DNA from: a virus
DNA length: 64,000 nt
Virus record (IMG/VR): IMGVR_UViG_3300022872_000001
Span: 1 to 64,000 of that record
Direction: 5' to 3' (one strand)
Shown: piece after piece, positions 8,208 to 17,991 of the stretch
How positions within the stretch are numbered: the stretch's first letter is position 1
Layout: each line of letters opens with the position of its first letter
The notes under the pieces: generated by a model
Databases searched by the model: none
The model's input: only the letters and a program-made list of their open reading frames with translations
Told to the model about the DNA's origin: nothing
Made by a program: the position numbers and the translations under genes

Positions 8208-10145
8208 TTACTTGTAGGACTTCATCAACTGCTCGAACGTACAAACTTTCAAACCTTTTTCTTTCGCCTTCTCAATCTTGGTTGAAAGCTTGCCACCTTC
8301 TTTGTACAACAGGATTGTGGTTTTAGCTGAGAATTTATCAACCACCCCTCCCAACTTTTGAACCTGCGCCTCATGTGCAATATTACGGTAGCTGGTGAAT
8401 GTAACTACCTCACCATTCAATGGACCGGCATTCACCTTGGATTTAATCGCCTTCTCAGGCACACCGATGGTAAAATATGTAGCCATTACATTTAACCATC
8501 GGCGGAAATTGAGACGATTAGGCATAAACTTCTCAATGGTCTTGTCTTTGAACGTTGGGACACTCGCTAACATTTCACGAGCTTCTGTAGCTTTATCGCA
8601 TTTGATAAAAACACGCAAAGGATCTTTGAATCCTTTCCAATGATTTTCGAACTTCGAGATAAGTTCGAGACCAACTCCTGGAAATAGCGAAGAGGCTACC
8701 ATCAATTTTGCTATGGAAACGTTACCAGTCAATATGCGATTCATTTCCTGAACAAGTTTGGATGCTCCGGCTTTGCCCATACCGTATTCAATGAACACAC
8801 ACGTGTTCTCTGACGCCTTCCAAATCTTGAGGTAATCTAAGACCGTCTTAATACCTTGGTCATGCAACTTTGCAATCGTCTTGTCCTTAATGCCTTCGAT
8901 CCCCAATGTAACGAAGAATTTCTGAATGCGCTCTACTGTGGCTTCTTTTGAGTCATTCAAGGCATAGAAGTATTTACCACGAATCTCATAAGGAACATCG
9001 GGGAGGGTAAGCTTCTTGGCTTTCTTCACGACACCTACAACCTTTGGTATAACGTCTCCTGAACGTAGGACAAGGATCGTTGCACCAACACCAATGCCAC
9101 GTGATGTCATCCACTCCGCATTGTGCACCGTCGCGTGCTTAACCATTACGGAGCCAATCTTAGTCGGTTCAAAGTAAACCTTAGGATTGATACGTTTGTC
9201 CCCTGACGTTTGATAGATTACCTTATCGACGACAACAGGAACGGCACTACTAAGGTCATTCTCCTTATACGCTACAGCCCACGTAGGCTTCTTGGCATTT
9301 GCAAATCTCATTATTGCGTGAGGATGGCAAATAACCAATCCGTCGGCGTCAAATACTCCCATAGCACGCATTGATTTTAACTGCTTGGAAAGTTCCAAGC
9401 CTTCAGCGGTAATACTTTCTGGCTTACCTTTTCGGATATCGTAAGGTACAACAGTAAATCCCAAATTCTTTGATAGTTTCAAACCGGGTTCCATACTCAG
9501 GTTATAGATACCTAGGACGTATAGATTAATATCTTTGAAAGCAGGATGAGCTGAACCCTCCAGCTGCCGATTAAACAAGCCATTAACCATGCCACGAGGA
9601 TCATTGAATTCATCCTTGGTGCGCTTATCCTTACCAGTATGTTGCCACTTCTTTTTGAATAACGCATTCGGCATAACTGCTTCCAAACGTATTACCAATT
9701 CCTGCTTAGCCTTGATCTTTTGTGGAAGCTTGACATAAGGTAGCAGATAGGAAATGTCCTGACCAAGTGTACCGTCACCTCTAGTTACCAACCTAAAGGG
9801 GGTACCATTACGATAAGTAACCTGCAAAGATGTACCATCAATCTTTGCCATAATCAGAGCTTCTCCGTGATCTGGCGAATACTTAATGAGATTCTTAACC
9901 AGCCACGGATCGATCTTTTCTGGATACTTCTTATTCAGCGACGGCATGAAGTGCGTATGCTTCACTTCCTGCTTTTTATTGATAACACGAACGCCCGTCT
10001 TCTTGAGTTCAGGCCATTTTGGATCCTTGGTTTTAATAAAATCCTCCAGATCATCAAAAGCTGCATCCGTCAGGATAGATTTATTTGAATTGTAGTAAGC
10101 CTCTTTGGCATCCAGGTACAGTTGTTTGGCTTCGGCGATTTTCAT
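8208..10145 (-). CDS. ligA: NAD-dependent DNA ligase
   Basis: AYYN...TDAAFDDL, MPSLNK, AKIDG (KxDG), TRGDG, RSGDVIP, C-terminal BRCT-like domain; start refined to ATG 10145 (GGAG RBS). Confidence 0.95.
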   Translation of the reverse strand: MKIAEAKQLYLDAKEAYYNSNKSILTDAAFDDLEDFIKTKDPKWPELKKTGVRVINKKQEVKHTHFMPSLNKKYPEKIDPWLVKNLIKYSPDHGEALIMAKIDGTSLQVTYRNGTPFRLVTRGDGTLGQDISYLLPYVKLPQKIKAKQELVIRLEAVMPNALFKKKWQHTGKDKRTKDEFNDPRGMVNGLFNRQLEGSAHPAFKDINLYVLGIYNLSMEPGLKLSKNLGFTVVPYDIRKGKPESITAEGLELSKQLKSMRAMGVFDADGLVICHPHAIMRFANAKKPTWAVAYKENDLSSAVPVVVDKVIYQTSGDKRINPKVYFEPTKIGSVMVKHATVHNAEWMTSRGIGVGATILVLRSGDVIPKVVGVVKKAKKLTLPDVPYEIRGKYFYALNDSKEATVERIQKFFVTLGIEGIKDKTIAKLHDQGIKTVLDYLKIWKASENTCVFIEYGMGKAGASKLVQEMNRILTGNVSIAKLMVASSLFPGVGLELISKFENHWKGFKDPLRVFIKCDKATEAREMLASVPTFKDKTIEKFMPNRLNFRRWLNVMATYFTIGVPEKAIKSKVNAGPLNGEVVTFTSYRNIAHEAQVQKLGGVVDKFSAKTTILLYKEGGKLSTKIEKAKEKGLKVCTFEQLMKSYK

Positions 10146-10171
10146 TTTTGACTCCTTAAACGTTACCAAAA

Positions 10172-10597
10172 CTACAACAGGTTGGGAGAGCTTGTGATGA
10201 TCGATTCTTTCTCAATGTCAGGGCTACGGGGAGGATGTTTGACCTGATACGTTATTGTCCAGACACCTGTAGTGAATTCAACTATGCGGCCATCGTTAAA
10301 ATGAAGGTCAACCTTCGTCGTCATCGGGCATCTGCCTTTCGGCAGGAACATGAACGGCGCGTAGATCAGAAACTTCGCAACCCACCATGCGGTGAAGGGC
10401 TGCTGGATCGGATAGCCGAACTTCTTTGATACTGCAATGGGAGCATAACGCATTGCCCACGCACACCCGAGGCACGTGTAATAACGTCTGGACAATTTGA
10501 ACACGGCTACTACGAGTTTGCATGCGCAATAGCCGATAACGAGATTCCCTACTACGAGTGCGGTCAGCATGTAGATAGGATGGTTGATGAATTGCAT
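10172..10597 (-). CDS. hypothetical membrane protein
   Basis: 141 aa, hydrophobic segments. Confidence 0.55.
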   Translation of the reverse strand: MQFINHPIYMLTALVVGNLVIGYCACKLVVAVFKLSRRYYTCLGCAWAMRYAPIAVSKKFGYPIQQPFTAWWVAKFLIYAPFMFLPKGRCPMTTKVDLHFNDGRIVEFTTGVWTITYQVKHPPRSPDIEKESIITSSPNLL

Positions 10598-10639
10598 TTT
10601 ATTACCTCAGGTTTTGTGAAATTATATTTGAGTTTTATA

Positions 10640-12190
10640 TCAAAGAGTGCCTACCACCCCCAACAATTTACTTAGAACCGCGTCGTAATTCTGGCGTACC
10701 ATAACAAGACGCGCTCCTGTACTTTTCATAATTCCCTGCGCACGACTGGGTGCTACTTCTGAAAAGTGAATGATCAATGCTTCCTTGGTACCTACCAAAT
10801 CCTCATGTAGCGACTGTGGTTCGGTCATAATCAGCGTGAACCGTGCTGCAAAGCGCTCGCGTAACTGCTGCTTTTGAAAAGAACTTATATCTACGGTTAT
10901 GAATACTATAGGTTTCGTACCAGAGGAATAATTACGTGCCTGCGCTACGGCAGCTTCATTATCTCTTGCCTCGATCTTTACATCCGGAAAAGTTTCCTTC
11001 AGATACTCATCTACTACTTCCGGTGTGCTCATTTGCTTGGGAATAGCAATAGATATTTCAGGCTCTGGTTCCGGTTCTGGTTCTAGAATTACATCCACAC
11101 TGTAGATATCACAAACCTTGGCCGCTTGGGTAAAGGTGATGATCAGGTCTGGTGAAGCTGATACTCCCATGCAGTTCAAGGCTTCAAGAACGTAGGATAC
11201 ATGACCCTTAAGACGGTCTGCCAATTCCTGAACTGATATGTACTTGGGAAGATTGACCGCGGTAGACCAGCCACTGAGATCCTTTTCATCAGGAATTCCC
11301 TCCTTAGTTACTACCTTATCTTTAGGTTGATGACTGTACCAAACCTTAGAGATAGTGGTAAGCGTAGGATGGAGGTCCGCCTCCGGAATTAGGAACACCT
11401 TGATTTCCAACTTTTGGCACAGATAGGTCAAGCGCGGATTGAGTTTGTACCTATCTGATAAAAGCAGGACATTTGTATCCGGATGCTCTGCAATGGTTTG
11501 CATAAGGGCTGCATTCAAATGCCTGAGGTGACACTCAAACATAGGATATGTTTTTTGTAAATCGGAAGTAAGCGAACGACCAAAACCACAAACAATGATC
11601 GGAGGCTTACCCTCAAATACCGAACGAGTATAAGCCTTTAATGCAGGCAAAATCTGGTGACTATCTACCGATGTAACAGTTACAGTAGAGGTTGAAGGTT
11701 TCTGTTCGGGTGCTACATCTTCCGCATCAGGAGTACCCAAGGATTCCTTTGGACTGGTTAATACAGGTTCCTTGGCGGCTTCAATAATACGAGTGCCTAG
11801 AGCACCGAGTTCACCGAGTTTTTGTGCAACCTCGATAAGAACCATATGCATGGGGTCCGGTGAAACACCAACATGAGCAACTGGCATAATTTCCTTTTGA
11901 AGGATTGGAGTAGATACAGAGGGAATACCGATTTCTTCTCCCCTAATCGAGGTAGCTACCTCGTAGATCATGGCGCGTTTCGTTTTGATCCAATCGGAGG
12001 CGTACCCACCAAGAAAATCGCGGTATAGGCTGGTATCATTGCCGAGTACCTTAACCTGCGCCTCGTGCAGCAAGGTACTTCGGACATCACGCTTATCCAA
12101 GAAGGTAGGTTTCAATTGAAGGTTGTTGCAACCTTTTACGTAAAGGCTTGTTATTTCCCGCGTCTGTTCGGGAGACCAATGGCGAGCCAT
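10640..12190 (-). CDS. multidomain protein with IF2 N-terminal-like domain and two DUF2325-like alpha/beta domains
   Basis: ISVQELADRLKGHVSYVLEALNCMGVSASPDLIITFTQAAKVCDIYSVDVIL aligns without gaps to the IF2_N repeat as recalled from E. coli IF2. Confidence 0.7.
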   Translation of the reverse strand: MARHWSPEQTREITSLYVKGCNNLQLKPTFLDKRDVRSTLLHEAQVKVLGNDTSLYRDFLGGYASDWIKTKRAMIYEVATSIRGEEIGIPSVSTPILQKEIMPVAHVGVSPDPMHMVLIEVAQKLGELGALGTRIIEAAKEPVLTSPKESLGTPDAEDVAPEQKPSTSTVTVTSVDSHQILPALKAYTRSVFEGKPPIIVCGFGRSLTSDLQKTYPMFECHLRHLNAALMQTIAEHPDTNVLLLSDRYKLNPRLTYLCQKLEIKVFLIPEADLHPTLTTISKVWYSHQPKDKVVTKEGIPDEKDLSGWSTAVNLPKYISVQELADRLKGHVSYVLEALNCMGVSASPDLIITFTQAAKVCDIYSVDVILEPEPEPEPEISIAIPKQMSTPEVVDEYLKETFPDVKIEARDNEAAVAQARNYSSGTKPIVFITVDISSFQKQQLRERFAARFTLIMTEPQSLHEDLVGTKEALIIHFSEVAPSRAQGIMKSTGARLVMVRQNYDAVLSKLLGVVGTL

Positions 12191-12199
12191 AATATACCT

Positions 12200-12370
12200 T
12201 TAAAGGTGAATGACAGTGCCAGTACCGACAGGTACCTGGCGAGCGTTATTGATTACCTCTTCCGTACGTTCAACCAAAGACTTCATGGTAGGAACATCTG
12301 GAATGGTTTCATCTGCCATGATGCGCTGGAGATCAGCCATCAATTTATTTTCGAAAATAGTGGCACTCAT
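12200..12370 (-). CDS. small hypothetical protein (56 aa)
   Basis: Hand-translated MSATIFENKLMADLQRIMADE...; AGGAG RBS; below the ORF-track cutoff. Confidence 0.6.
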   Translation of the reverse strand: MSATIFENKLMADLQRIMADETIPDVPTMKSLVERTEEVINNARQVPVGTGTVIHL

Positions 12371-12398
12371 TAAAACTCCTGGTTGTTTTGTTATAGTT

Positions 12399-12407
12399 TA
12401 TTTACTG
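12399..12407 (-). promoter_or_regulatory. YAGTAAATA motif
   Basis: CAGTAAATA ~30 nt upstream of the small ORF. Confidence 0.6.
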
Positions 12408-12956
12408 TGTGCCAAGCAAATCCTGAATTGTACGAGTTAATGCAGAAACAGAACCCGGGCAGCGAATATAGCGACCCTCACCTATTACGGACCTTATTAA
12501 ATCCTCGGTTGAATGAGGCATAAACTTGGTCATACCTATGGCATAATCCATGCTATTCAGCGATGAACGATTGAATTTGGTATCACCGAACTCAAACTGG
12601 ATACTATCAAAACGCCGTGTGATATCCTGCTGCTGTTTGGCCATCAAACCGTACACATAGACTTTCAAAACAGGAACGCGGGTAACTGTGCGAACAGGTT
12701 CAACCGGAACAGGAGGTAGTGCGGAAATCTCTGGAACGCTAGAGGCAGATACCTCAGGTTTTGCCAAGAAGGAGGTCAGTGCTGATAAAAGAGCGGTTGG
12801 TGAAATAGGATTATTTTCAGGGGCAGCCGCAGGACGTAATTCAGGAGCTGGACGACTCATAAAATCCTCGATATCAAACAATTGCTTCGCGTACCTCGCG
12901 TTCTGCTGTTCTACCACATCAAGGCGCGTTTGCAATTCGCGGAGTTCATCAAACAC
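12402..12956 (-). CDS. coiled-coil protein with DUF2325-like C-terminal domain
   Basis: KVYVYG...DYAIGMTKFMPHS...GSVSAL resembles the DUF2325 pattern. Confidence 0.5.
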   Translation of the reverse strand: MFDELRELQTRLDVVEQQNARYAKQLFDIEDFMSRPAPELRPAAAPENNPISPTALLSALTSFLAKPEVSASSVPEISALPPVPVEPVRTVTRVPVLKVYVYGLMAKQQQDITRRFDSIQFEFGDTKFNRSSLNSMDYAIGMTKFMPHSTEDLIRSVIGEGRYIRCPGSVSALTRTIQDLLGTQ

Positions 12957-13049
12957 GCAGGTAACCAGGCGCTTTAAACCTTTCTCAGCACGTTTCAGAC
13001 GTTCCTCAGGAGTACGTTCCGGAATATCTGTAGGAGCTCCTGGTTTAAC

Positions 13050-13424
13050 CTACATTGCATCGGTGATCTTATTAACAACCGGTAGTACAACTTCAAAGCG
13101 TTTGGCGATATTGGAAAGTGACTTTGTATTCTCTTCCGACAACGAACTTTGAATATTAATAATATTCTGAATCTCAGAATAATAATTACTCACGAATGAG
13201 TAATATATGGTGTAGTATCCCTTGGTCGTTTTGAGAAAATCTCGAGTATTGAAGTTTGGCTTTTCCTTGAATAACTTTTCTTGTGCGTTGGTGATAATAT
13301 GCGCAAGTCTGGCTGGAATCAATCCCTCCGGAGGAATACTAGAGTGATTGATTCGGATTTCTTCTATGAAAGCGTGTAATACCTGATGGCGGGTTTCTTT
13401 AGTCCATACAATACGTTTGGTCAT
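13050..13424 (-). CDS. hypothetical protein
   Basis: 124-aa ORF with GAGGAG RBS. Confidence 0.6.
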   Translation of the reverse strand: MTKRIVWTKETRHQVLHAFIEEIRINHSSIPPEGLIPARLAHIITNAQEKLFKEKPNFNTRDFLKTTKGYYTIYYSFVSNYYSEIQNIINIQSSLSEENTKSLSNIAKRFEVVLPVVNKITDAM

Positions 13425-13448
13425 TTTTAACTCCTCAAAATAGGAATA

Positions 13449-13474
13449 GCCGGGAATCTTTCCAGATTCCCGGC
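13449..13474 (-). terminator. putative intrinsic terminator
   Basis: GCCGGGAATCT/AGATTCCCGGC 11-bp stem, 4-nt loop. Confidence 0.65.
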
Positions 13475-13481
13475 CGGTGCT

Positions 13482-13796
13482 TCATGGGTTAGGTATTACG
13501 GGTGCTTCTTGCGGTATTTGATAATGCACAGGCCACGCCGGCGTTGCTGCCTTTAATTGAGACGCCGACAAAGGTTTCTGTAAAAACTTTATTTGATCCT
13601 CGGGTGTTGATTGATTCACTTCCAACCACTTGCGTAACTGTGCAGTTACAGAGGCCCGAAAGGGTGAACGATGCTTCTTGGCTTTAAGCAATTCTAAGCA
13701 GGTATACAGGTCAACCGAAGTATGGAGTACCATCAGCAGGTGTAGTTGCCGCTTTGTTATTCCAAACTCTTTTGCAAAGCTTTCTCGTGCATCCAT
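13482..13796 (-). CDS. hypothetical protein
   Basis: 104-aa ORF. Confidence 0.6.
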   Translation of the reverse strand: MDARESFAKEFGITKRQLHLLMVLHTSVDLYTCLELLKAKKHRSPFRASVTAQLRKWLEVNQSTPEDQIKFLQKPLSASQLKAATPAWPVHYQIPQEAPVIPNP

Positions 13797-13821
13797 CGGA
13801 GCTCTCCTAAATGCAATTAGT

Positions 13822-14790
13822 CTACAGAGGTGTACCTAACATTTCCTGGCGCAGACGTTCGAACAGCCTTTCTGTCTTGGCAGGTGTCATCTCAAAATAT
13901 GCCATAGCCTTTTTCATGTAATTAGGATAGGACATACGCTCTACAGCTTCATCATTAGGGGTTCCTAAAAACTCCGAAAAACTCTCATTGCGTTGACCCG
14001 CCAAACATAACAAGAAATTACGCTGCTGCGGTTTAACGTTTAGAGCGTTCTGTGCCTTCTCGATTGCCTTGATCTGTTCCTTAAGTTCGTCTCCGTAGTT
14101 CTCGGGAGCTGCAATATCTGCCAGCGTACCTATGTCCACGTTGACCGCTTCATGACCTCCGTGCTCCGTTTTCTGCAAACGTTGTCTCGATTTTGCCGTA
14201 TAGAAGTGAATCATGGAATGCGCGATGGAATGGATATTTGCTTTTGCTATGTTCACAAAATGCAGATAGCTTTCGTACATTGGGTACGTCCTGTATGCTA
14301 CCGAGATTGCAGCTTCATACAATTCAAGCGTGATATCCGATCGCGTGACGCCGTAGGACTTAATCAAAAACATCATCTTCTTGCTGACCAATTTACCGAT
14401 ATGCGTTTTCAATTCCGATGAGCTACATAACTTGTTAATCACGTACTCGAATTCCTTCAAGGTGAAGGCAGGATATGTATCAACATCGAGGTGAGCCAGG
14501 TTCAACCGACGAAGAATCTTGGCGTCTTCCACTGCTACACCATAATCCCGAGCTTTAGGTAATTTCTCCCCTTTAAGTTTTGCTGAGTAATGTGCATAGG
14601 CAAACAGCTTGCAGTTTTTCAAAACATAACCGCTACGCTTGCTAGCCGCCTTGATTGCGAGTGCTCTCTTCCTATCCCCTATTATTTTCTCGAATTGTTT
14701 CTGACTAATCCGACCAAAGTAATAGGTGAATAAAGCGGCAATGATCTCGCGACTTTCTTTTTGCTCAAGACTTAGTATTTCACACAACAT
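13822..14790 (-). CDS. hypothetical protein, possible divergent sigma-factor-like regulator
   Basis: 322 aa; central segment loosely fits sigma70 region 2 (LVSKKM...G....DI..EL...Y....F...A...I........SR). Confidence 0.35.
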   Translation of the reverse strand: MLCEILSLEQKESREIIAALFTYYFGRISQKQFEKIIGDRKRALAIKAASKRSGYVLKNCKLFAYAHYSAKLKGEKLPKARDYGVAVEDAKILRRLNLAHLDVDTYPAFTLKEFEYVINKLCSSSELKTHIGKLVSKKMMFLIKSYGVTRSDITLELYEAAISVAYRTYPMYESYLHFVNIAKANIHSIAHSMIHFYTAKSRQRLQKTEHGGHEAVNVDIGTLADIAAPENYGDELKEQIKAIEKAQNALNVKPQQRNFLLCLAGQRNESFSEFLGTPNDEAVERMSYPNYMKKAMAYFEMTPAKTERLFERLRQEMLGTPL

Positions 14791-14816
14791 TTAATCTTCC
14801 CCTTTTTTGCAATCGA

Positions 14817-15506
14817 TTAGCTAATCTGGAATACGTCTGACTTTTTGACTGATTTAGCATTGCGTTTGTGTTTCTTCGCCTGCTTGTCATGCCATTCCGG
14901 AGGTGCTGAATCTAGAGTTGGAGGTTCATCATTATCCGTCAACTTTGCACGTTTATCGTACAGAGGTTTCGGATCGTACTTCTTTCCTGCTTCCTGCAAT
15001 TGCCGTTTCTTGGCTTTCCATTCATGGGGCAGCATGAGGTGATCGGTAGATTCGCAATACATAGTATAGGAACGACCGCGCGTATTCTTTTCAGGAGAAC
15101 CAATCAGAATCAGTTGACCGGAAGAGGTATAACCAGCAACGTAACCTGAGAGATAATTACTTATGTAATCCCGTCCATACGCAAGGAAATACAATTTGGT
15201 GCCGAATGCAAAATGTTTCTTGGAAGACTTGGTACGTAAAACGCCCAATAGAATGCGTCTCTGTTTGGGATCAAAACCATCGAGGATTACTGCCAATTGA
15301 GCCAGTACATCGGAGTTAGATACAATGCGCGTAATGTCCGGGGTGAAACATCTTGGCGCAATTGCAAAGGATCTGACTCCCTCCTCCTTACAAATTTTCT
15401 GTCGCTCTGAATGTGCATGTGCTTTGAAGTGAAGGCATTCTCCGCAGCGGAATGCATCGGCTAATGACTTTGCACTAGCCTTACCTAAGATTTCTTTTTT
15501 GAGCAT
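14817..15506 (-). CDS. hypothetical protein with N-terminal Cys cluster
   Basis: CGECLHF...C...C motif; 229 aa. Confidence 0.65.
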   Translation of the reverse strand: MLKKEILGKASAKSLADAFRCGECLHFKAHAHSERQKICKEEGVRSFAIAPRCFTPDITRIVSNSDVLAQLAVILDGFDPKQRRILLGVLRTKSSKKHFAFGTKLYFLAYGRDYISNYLSGYVAGYTSSGQLILIGSPEKNTRGRSYTMYCESTDHLMLPHEWKAKKRQLQEAGKKYDPKPLYDKRAKLTDNDEPPTLDSAPPEWHDKQAKKHKRNAKSVKKSDVFQIS

Positions 15507-15669
15507 GGGATAGCTTCTTAAATGGTATAGGTAAACTCTTTGACGATCTTTTCTTGATCGTATTGGGACTTGATTCTGACTGCTGTTTTCCTTTCAATGA
15601 TAGGTTACAGAATCATGAGGAACAAACGACGGTAACCGAACACGAGGGACGTGTTCGGTTATCACCACT

Positions 15670-15679
15670 TATTTACTGC
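15670..15679 (-). promoter_or_regulatory. YAGTAAATA motif
   Basis: GCAGTAAATA, followed on the transcript by an 11-bp hairpin (15632-15660). Confidence 0.6.
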
Positions 15680-15686
15680 TAACGCT

Positions 15687-15797
15687 TTACTGGTTCGTAT
15701 TTTCCTGGATGGACAAAATCTCTACAGCGTCATCGAACGAAACGCCGAACTCAATGGAATAGGACATTGCTGCGCTGATAAATTCGTTGTAGTTCAT
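15687..15797 (-). CDS. small hypothetical protein (36 aa)
   Basis: MNYNEFISAAMSYSIEFG...; GGAGG RBS; TGTTATACT extended -10-like site upstream. Confidence 0.5.
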   Translation of the reverse strand: MNYNEFISAAMSYSIEFGVSFDDAVEILSIQENTNQ

Positions 15798-15844
15798 GTT
15801 ACCTCCATTTGAATTGACAAACACAGTATAACACGATCCTGAAA

Positions 15845-16141
15845 TTAATGTGCGATTTGAATACCTGACGTTGCCTTGATGTAATCAGCATCAAGTTGAG
15901 CTGGGGAAGCCGCGACGTGCATAACTTCGCTCGGGTGAAAGGATACGTCTTTCAGGGGAGGAAGAATACCTAATGAACCGTAAGGTTCAAGCGCAACATT
16001 GGTTACCTGTCCGTTAGGGGCACGCGTAACCTGGATTACCATAGGTCGATCGACCGCCACCTCCCCGGTATCCGCGTCGACGGCAAAACGGGAAACTAGG
16101 ACAGCACCTGTAGATAGGTAGATCAGACCGATTGGATTCAT
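15845..16141 (-). CDS. small beta-rich phage protein (possible Sm-like fold)
   Basis: Pattern ..P.VI......V.L.PY......F....V......Y..ATSGI, recalled from T4-like small proteins. Confidence 0.5.
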   Translation of the reverse strand: MNPIGLIYLSTGAVLVSRFAVDADTGEVAVDRPMVIQVTRAPNGQVTNVALEPYGSLGILPPLKDVSFHPSEVMHVAASPAQLDADYIKATSGIQIAH

Positions 16142-16168
16142 TTCGAATTTCCTTTTTTAGTGAAAGGG

Positions 16169-16572
16169 TTACTGGGTAATACGGTTCATCAAACCTGTGA
16201 AAGCTTCCATGGCCAAGCCGTGGCCAATGTCTACGTGATCCTGCATTGCTTCCGTCCATTCATTATTAGTACCTGGATGAAAATCGAATGGAAGTTTTGC
16301 CTTCGTCAAAAGCAGTGACGGCGTTCCATTTATCAGAACAATACCAATGCCGACATCTATGTTAGATCGAAGCAGGGATTTAAGTTCATCCCAATGCGCT
16401 TTGTCTTTTTAACATCTGGAATAGTAAGTGGAAAATCAGAAACAGGTATGATAACCGCCGCTTCATGGAGAACTTCGTCCTTATCAGATGCGTTGAGTTT
16501 ATCAGTTTCACTTTCCGCAACCTTAAACATAGCAGCCAACATACCTGCCATCCTCATGATTTCTGGGGTCAT
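16169..16572 (-). CDS. frameshifted hypothetical protein (~134 aa if -1 shift)
   Basis: Starts at ATG 16572 (AAGGAG RBS). At GTT AAA AAG (16405-16411) a -1 shift opens DKAHWDELKSLLRSNIDVGIG...ITQ* to 16169, filling an otherwise empty gap. Confidence 0.5.
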
Positions 16573-16582
16573 TGCGTTCTCC

Positions 16583-17041
16583 TTATTGAGATAGCCAAAG
16601 ATAGCTAGGAGCATCCTCGCTGTATGGTTCTGGAATTGGATCATCACAGTTCTGCTCTACAGCATCGAAGTAGTTCTGCAGGGATTTCGACAGTTGTATT
16701 ACTGGACGTTTTTGATAATCCGAGGGAGCGTCGTGCCAATTAGAAAAGGACAGGTAAAGATCAGGATGTACCAAGGTCATATCAGTACGGATCGCAAATG
16801 CGGCAAGTGCCCTATTAAGGGCAGGTGTGGAATATTCCGTATTAGTGGTCATATCACTTATCGATATGCAGGATGCAGTGACGGTATGCGCATCGGCTGA
16901 TGTAGGTGCCAGAAACATGATCTGCATGTCGATGGAGTATGTTTGCATTTCCTCCAGTTTCAGCATTAGGTTTCTGACCGTATGCTTGGAATCTGCAAAG
17001 AAATCCAAAAGTGTTTGTGCGAAATTTTGTTCTTGTGTCAT
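16583..17041 (-). CDS. hypothetical protein
   Basis: 152 aa, AAGGAG RBS. Confidence 0.65.
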   Translation of the reverse strand: MTQEQNFAQTLLDFFADSKHTVRNLMLKLEEMQTYSIDMQIMFLAPTSADAHTVTASCISISDMTTNTEYSTPALNRALAAFAIRTDMTLVHPDLYLSFSNWHDAPSDYQKRPVIQLSKSLQNYFDAVEQNCDDPIPEPYSEDAPSYLWLSQ

Positions 17042-17071
17042 GGTATTCTCCTTGAATGCAGAGTAAATAAA

Positions 17072-17548
17072 TCAGTGAATTGCTACGCTGCTCAGCAGCC
17101 AGTTGTGATTGGTATTTTCAAATGCACCTACAGGTTCTCCGGCGCAGTTATAAACTACAAACACATAGGAATCATCATTTGAAATGAGTTTGTAACCATT
17201 AAGCGTTAGCAGTTGAAGGTACTCGTCTGAATTCAGATTACGCAGTATTTCCAATGCGGAAGAATCGGTAATATCTGTTTTCTGTTTGGGAAGCGAAGCC
17301 ATCCAGCGTTCCAGATTCTTTTCCTGTTCAGATGTTCCAAATTTCTGGAGGAGTTGGATGGGATCCGCATTATGCAAATAACCAACCCGGCTTCGCTTTG
17401 GTTCATTCAATGACATGACGACCCAAAATACGGCAACTAGACTAACTGCTATGACGAAAGCAGGAGTGTTGAAATGATTCACTGCACTGACCGCCAATGC
17501 TGTCAGAATGATCATGATAGAAAGAGGAACTTTGATGAAGACTGACAT
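17072..17548 (-). CDS. hypothetical membrane protein
   Basis: Two N-terminal TM segments. Confidence 0.65.
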   Translation of the reverse strand: MSVFIKVPLSIMIILTALAVSAVNHFNTPAFVIAVSLVAVFWVVMSLNEPKRSRVGYLHNADPIQLLQKFGTSEQEKNLERWMASLPKQKTDITDSSALEILRNLNSDEYLQLLTLNGYKLISNDDSYVFVVYNCAGEPVGAFENTNHNWLLSSVAIH

Positions 17549-17607
17549 TTTGAAATTCTCCTAAAAGAACTACAGTTACGTGTACTGAGGATTTTACAGC
17601 TTAGAAT

Positions 17608-17940
17608 TTATTCGTACATCCAATCGATGCGGAGTATGTCGTATGCTAGTTCTTTATACGGCGTTTTCTTCTTAAGCATCTGACGAACCTTTTCGTTATC
17701 GATAACGAATTTTTCAACATGCGTGCGTTTGAGTTGTTTAATGTAACCGTCCGCGCTGTTGAAACGGAAATTACCAGCTACCGATTGTTTCAGCAAATGG
17801 CGTGCAAGTTTTTCCTGTGTTGATTCAAGTTCCTTTTGCTCGGCGCGTAATTCAGCTAATCGCATCTGGTTTGCGTGATATTCATCCGCGTAGCTGCTGA
17901 TTGTTTTCGATGAAATAAACTTCATTGTTGCCATGATCAA
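17608..17940 (-). CDS. hypothetical protein
   Basis: 110 aa, coiled-coil N-terminal half, AAGGAG RBS. Confidence 0.65.
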   Translation of the reverse strand: MIMATMKFISSKTISSYADEYHANQMRLAELRAEQKELESTQEKLARHLLKQSVAGNFRFNSADGYIKQLKRTHVEKFVIDNEKVRQMLKKKTPYKELAYDILRIDWMYE

Positions 17941-17991
17941 CTCCTTGAAAGGTTTAAAATGCTGCTAGACATGGTATCGTTCGGAATATTA

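Noticed and set aside
17062-17069. AGTAAATA on the plus strand at 17062
   Set aside because: Antisense to local genes and preceded by G rather than C/T; treated as a chance match
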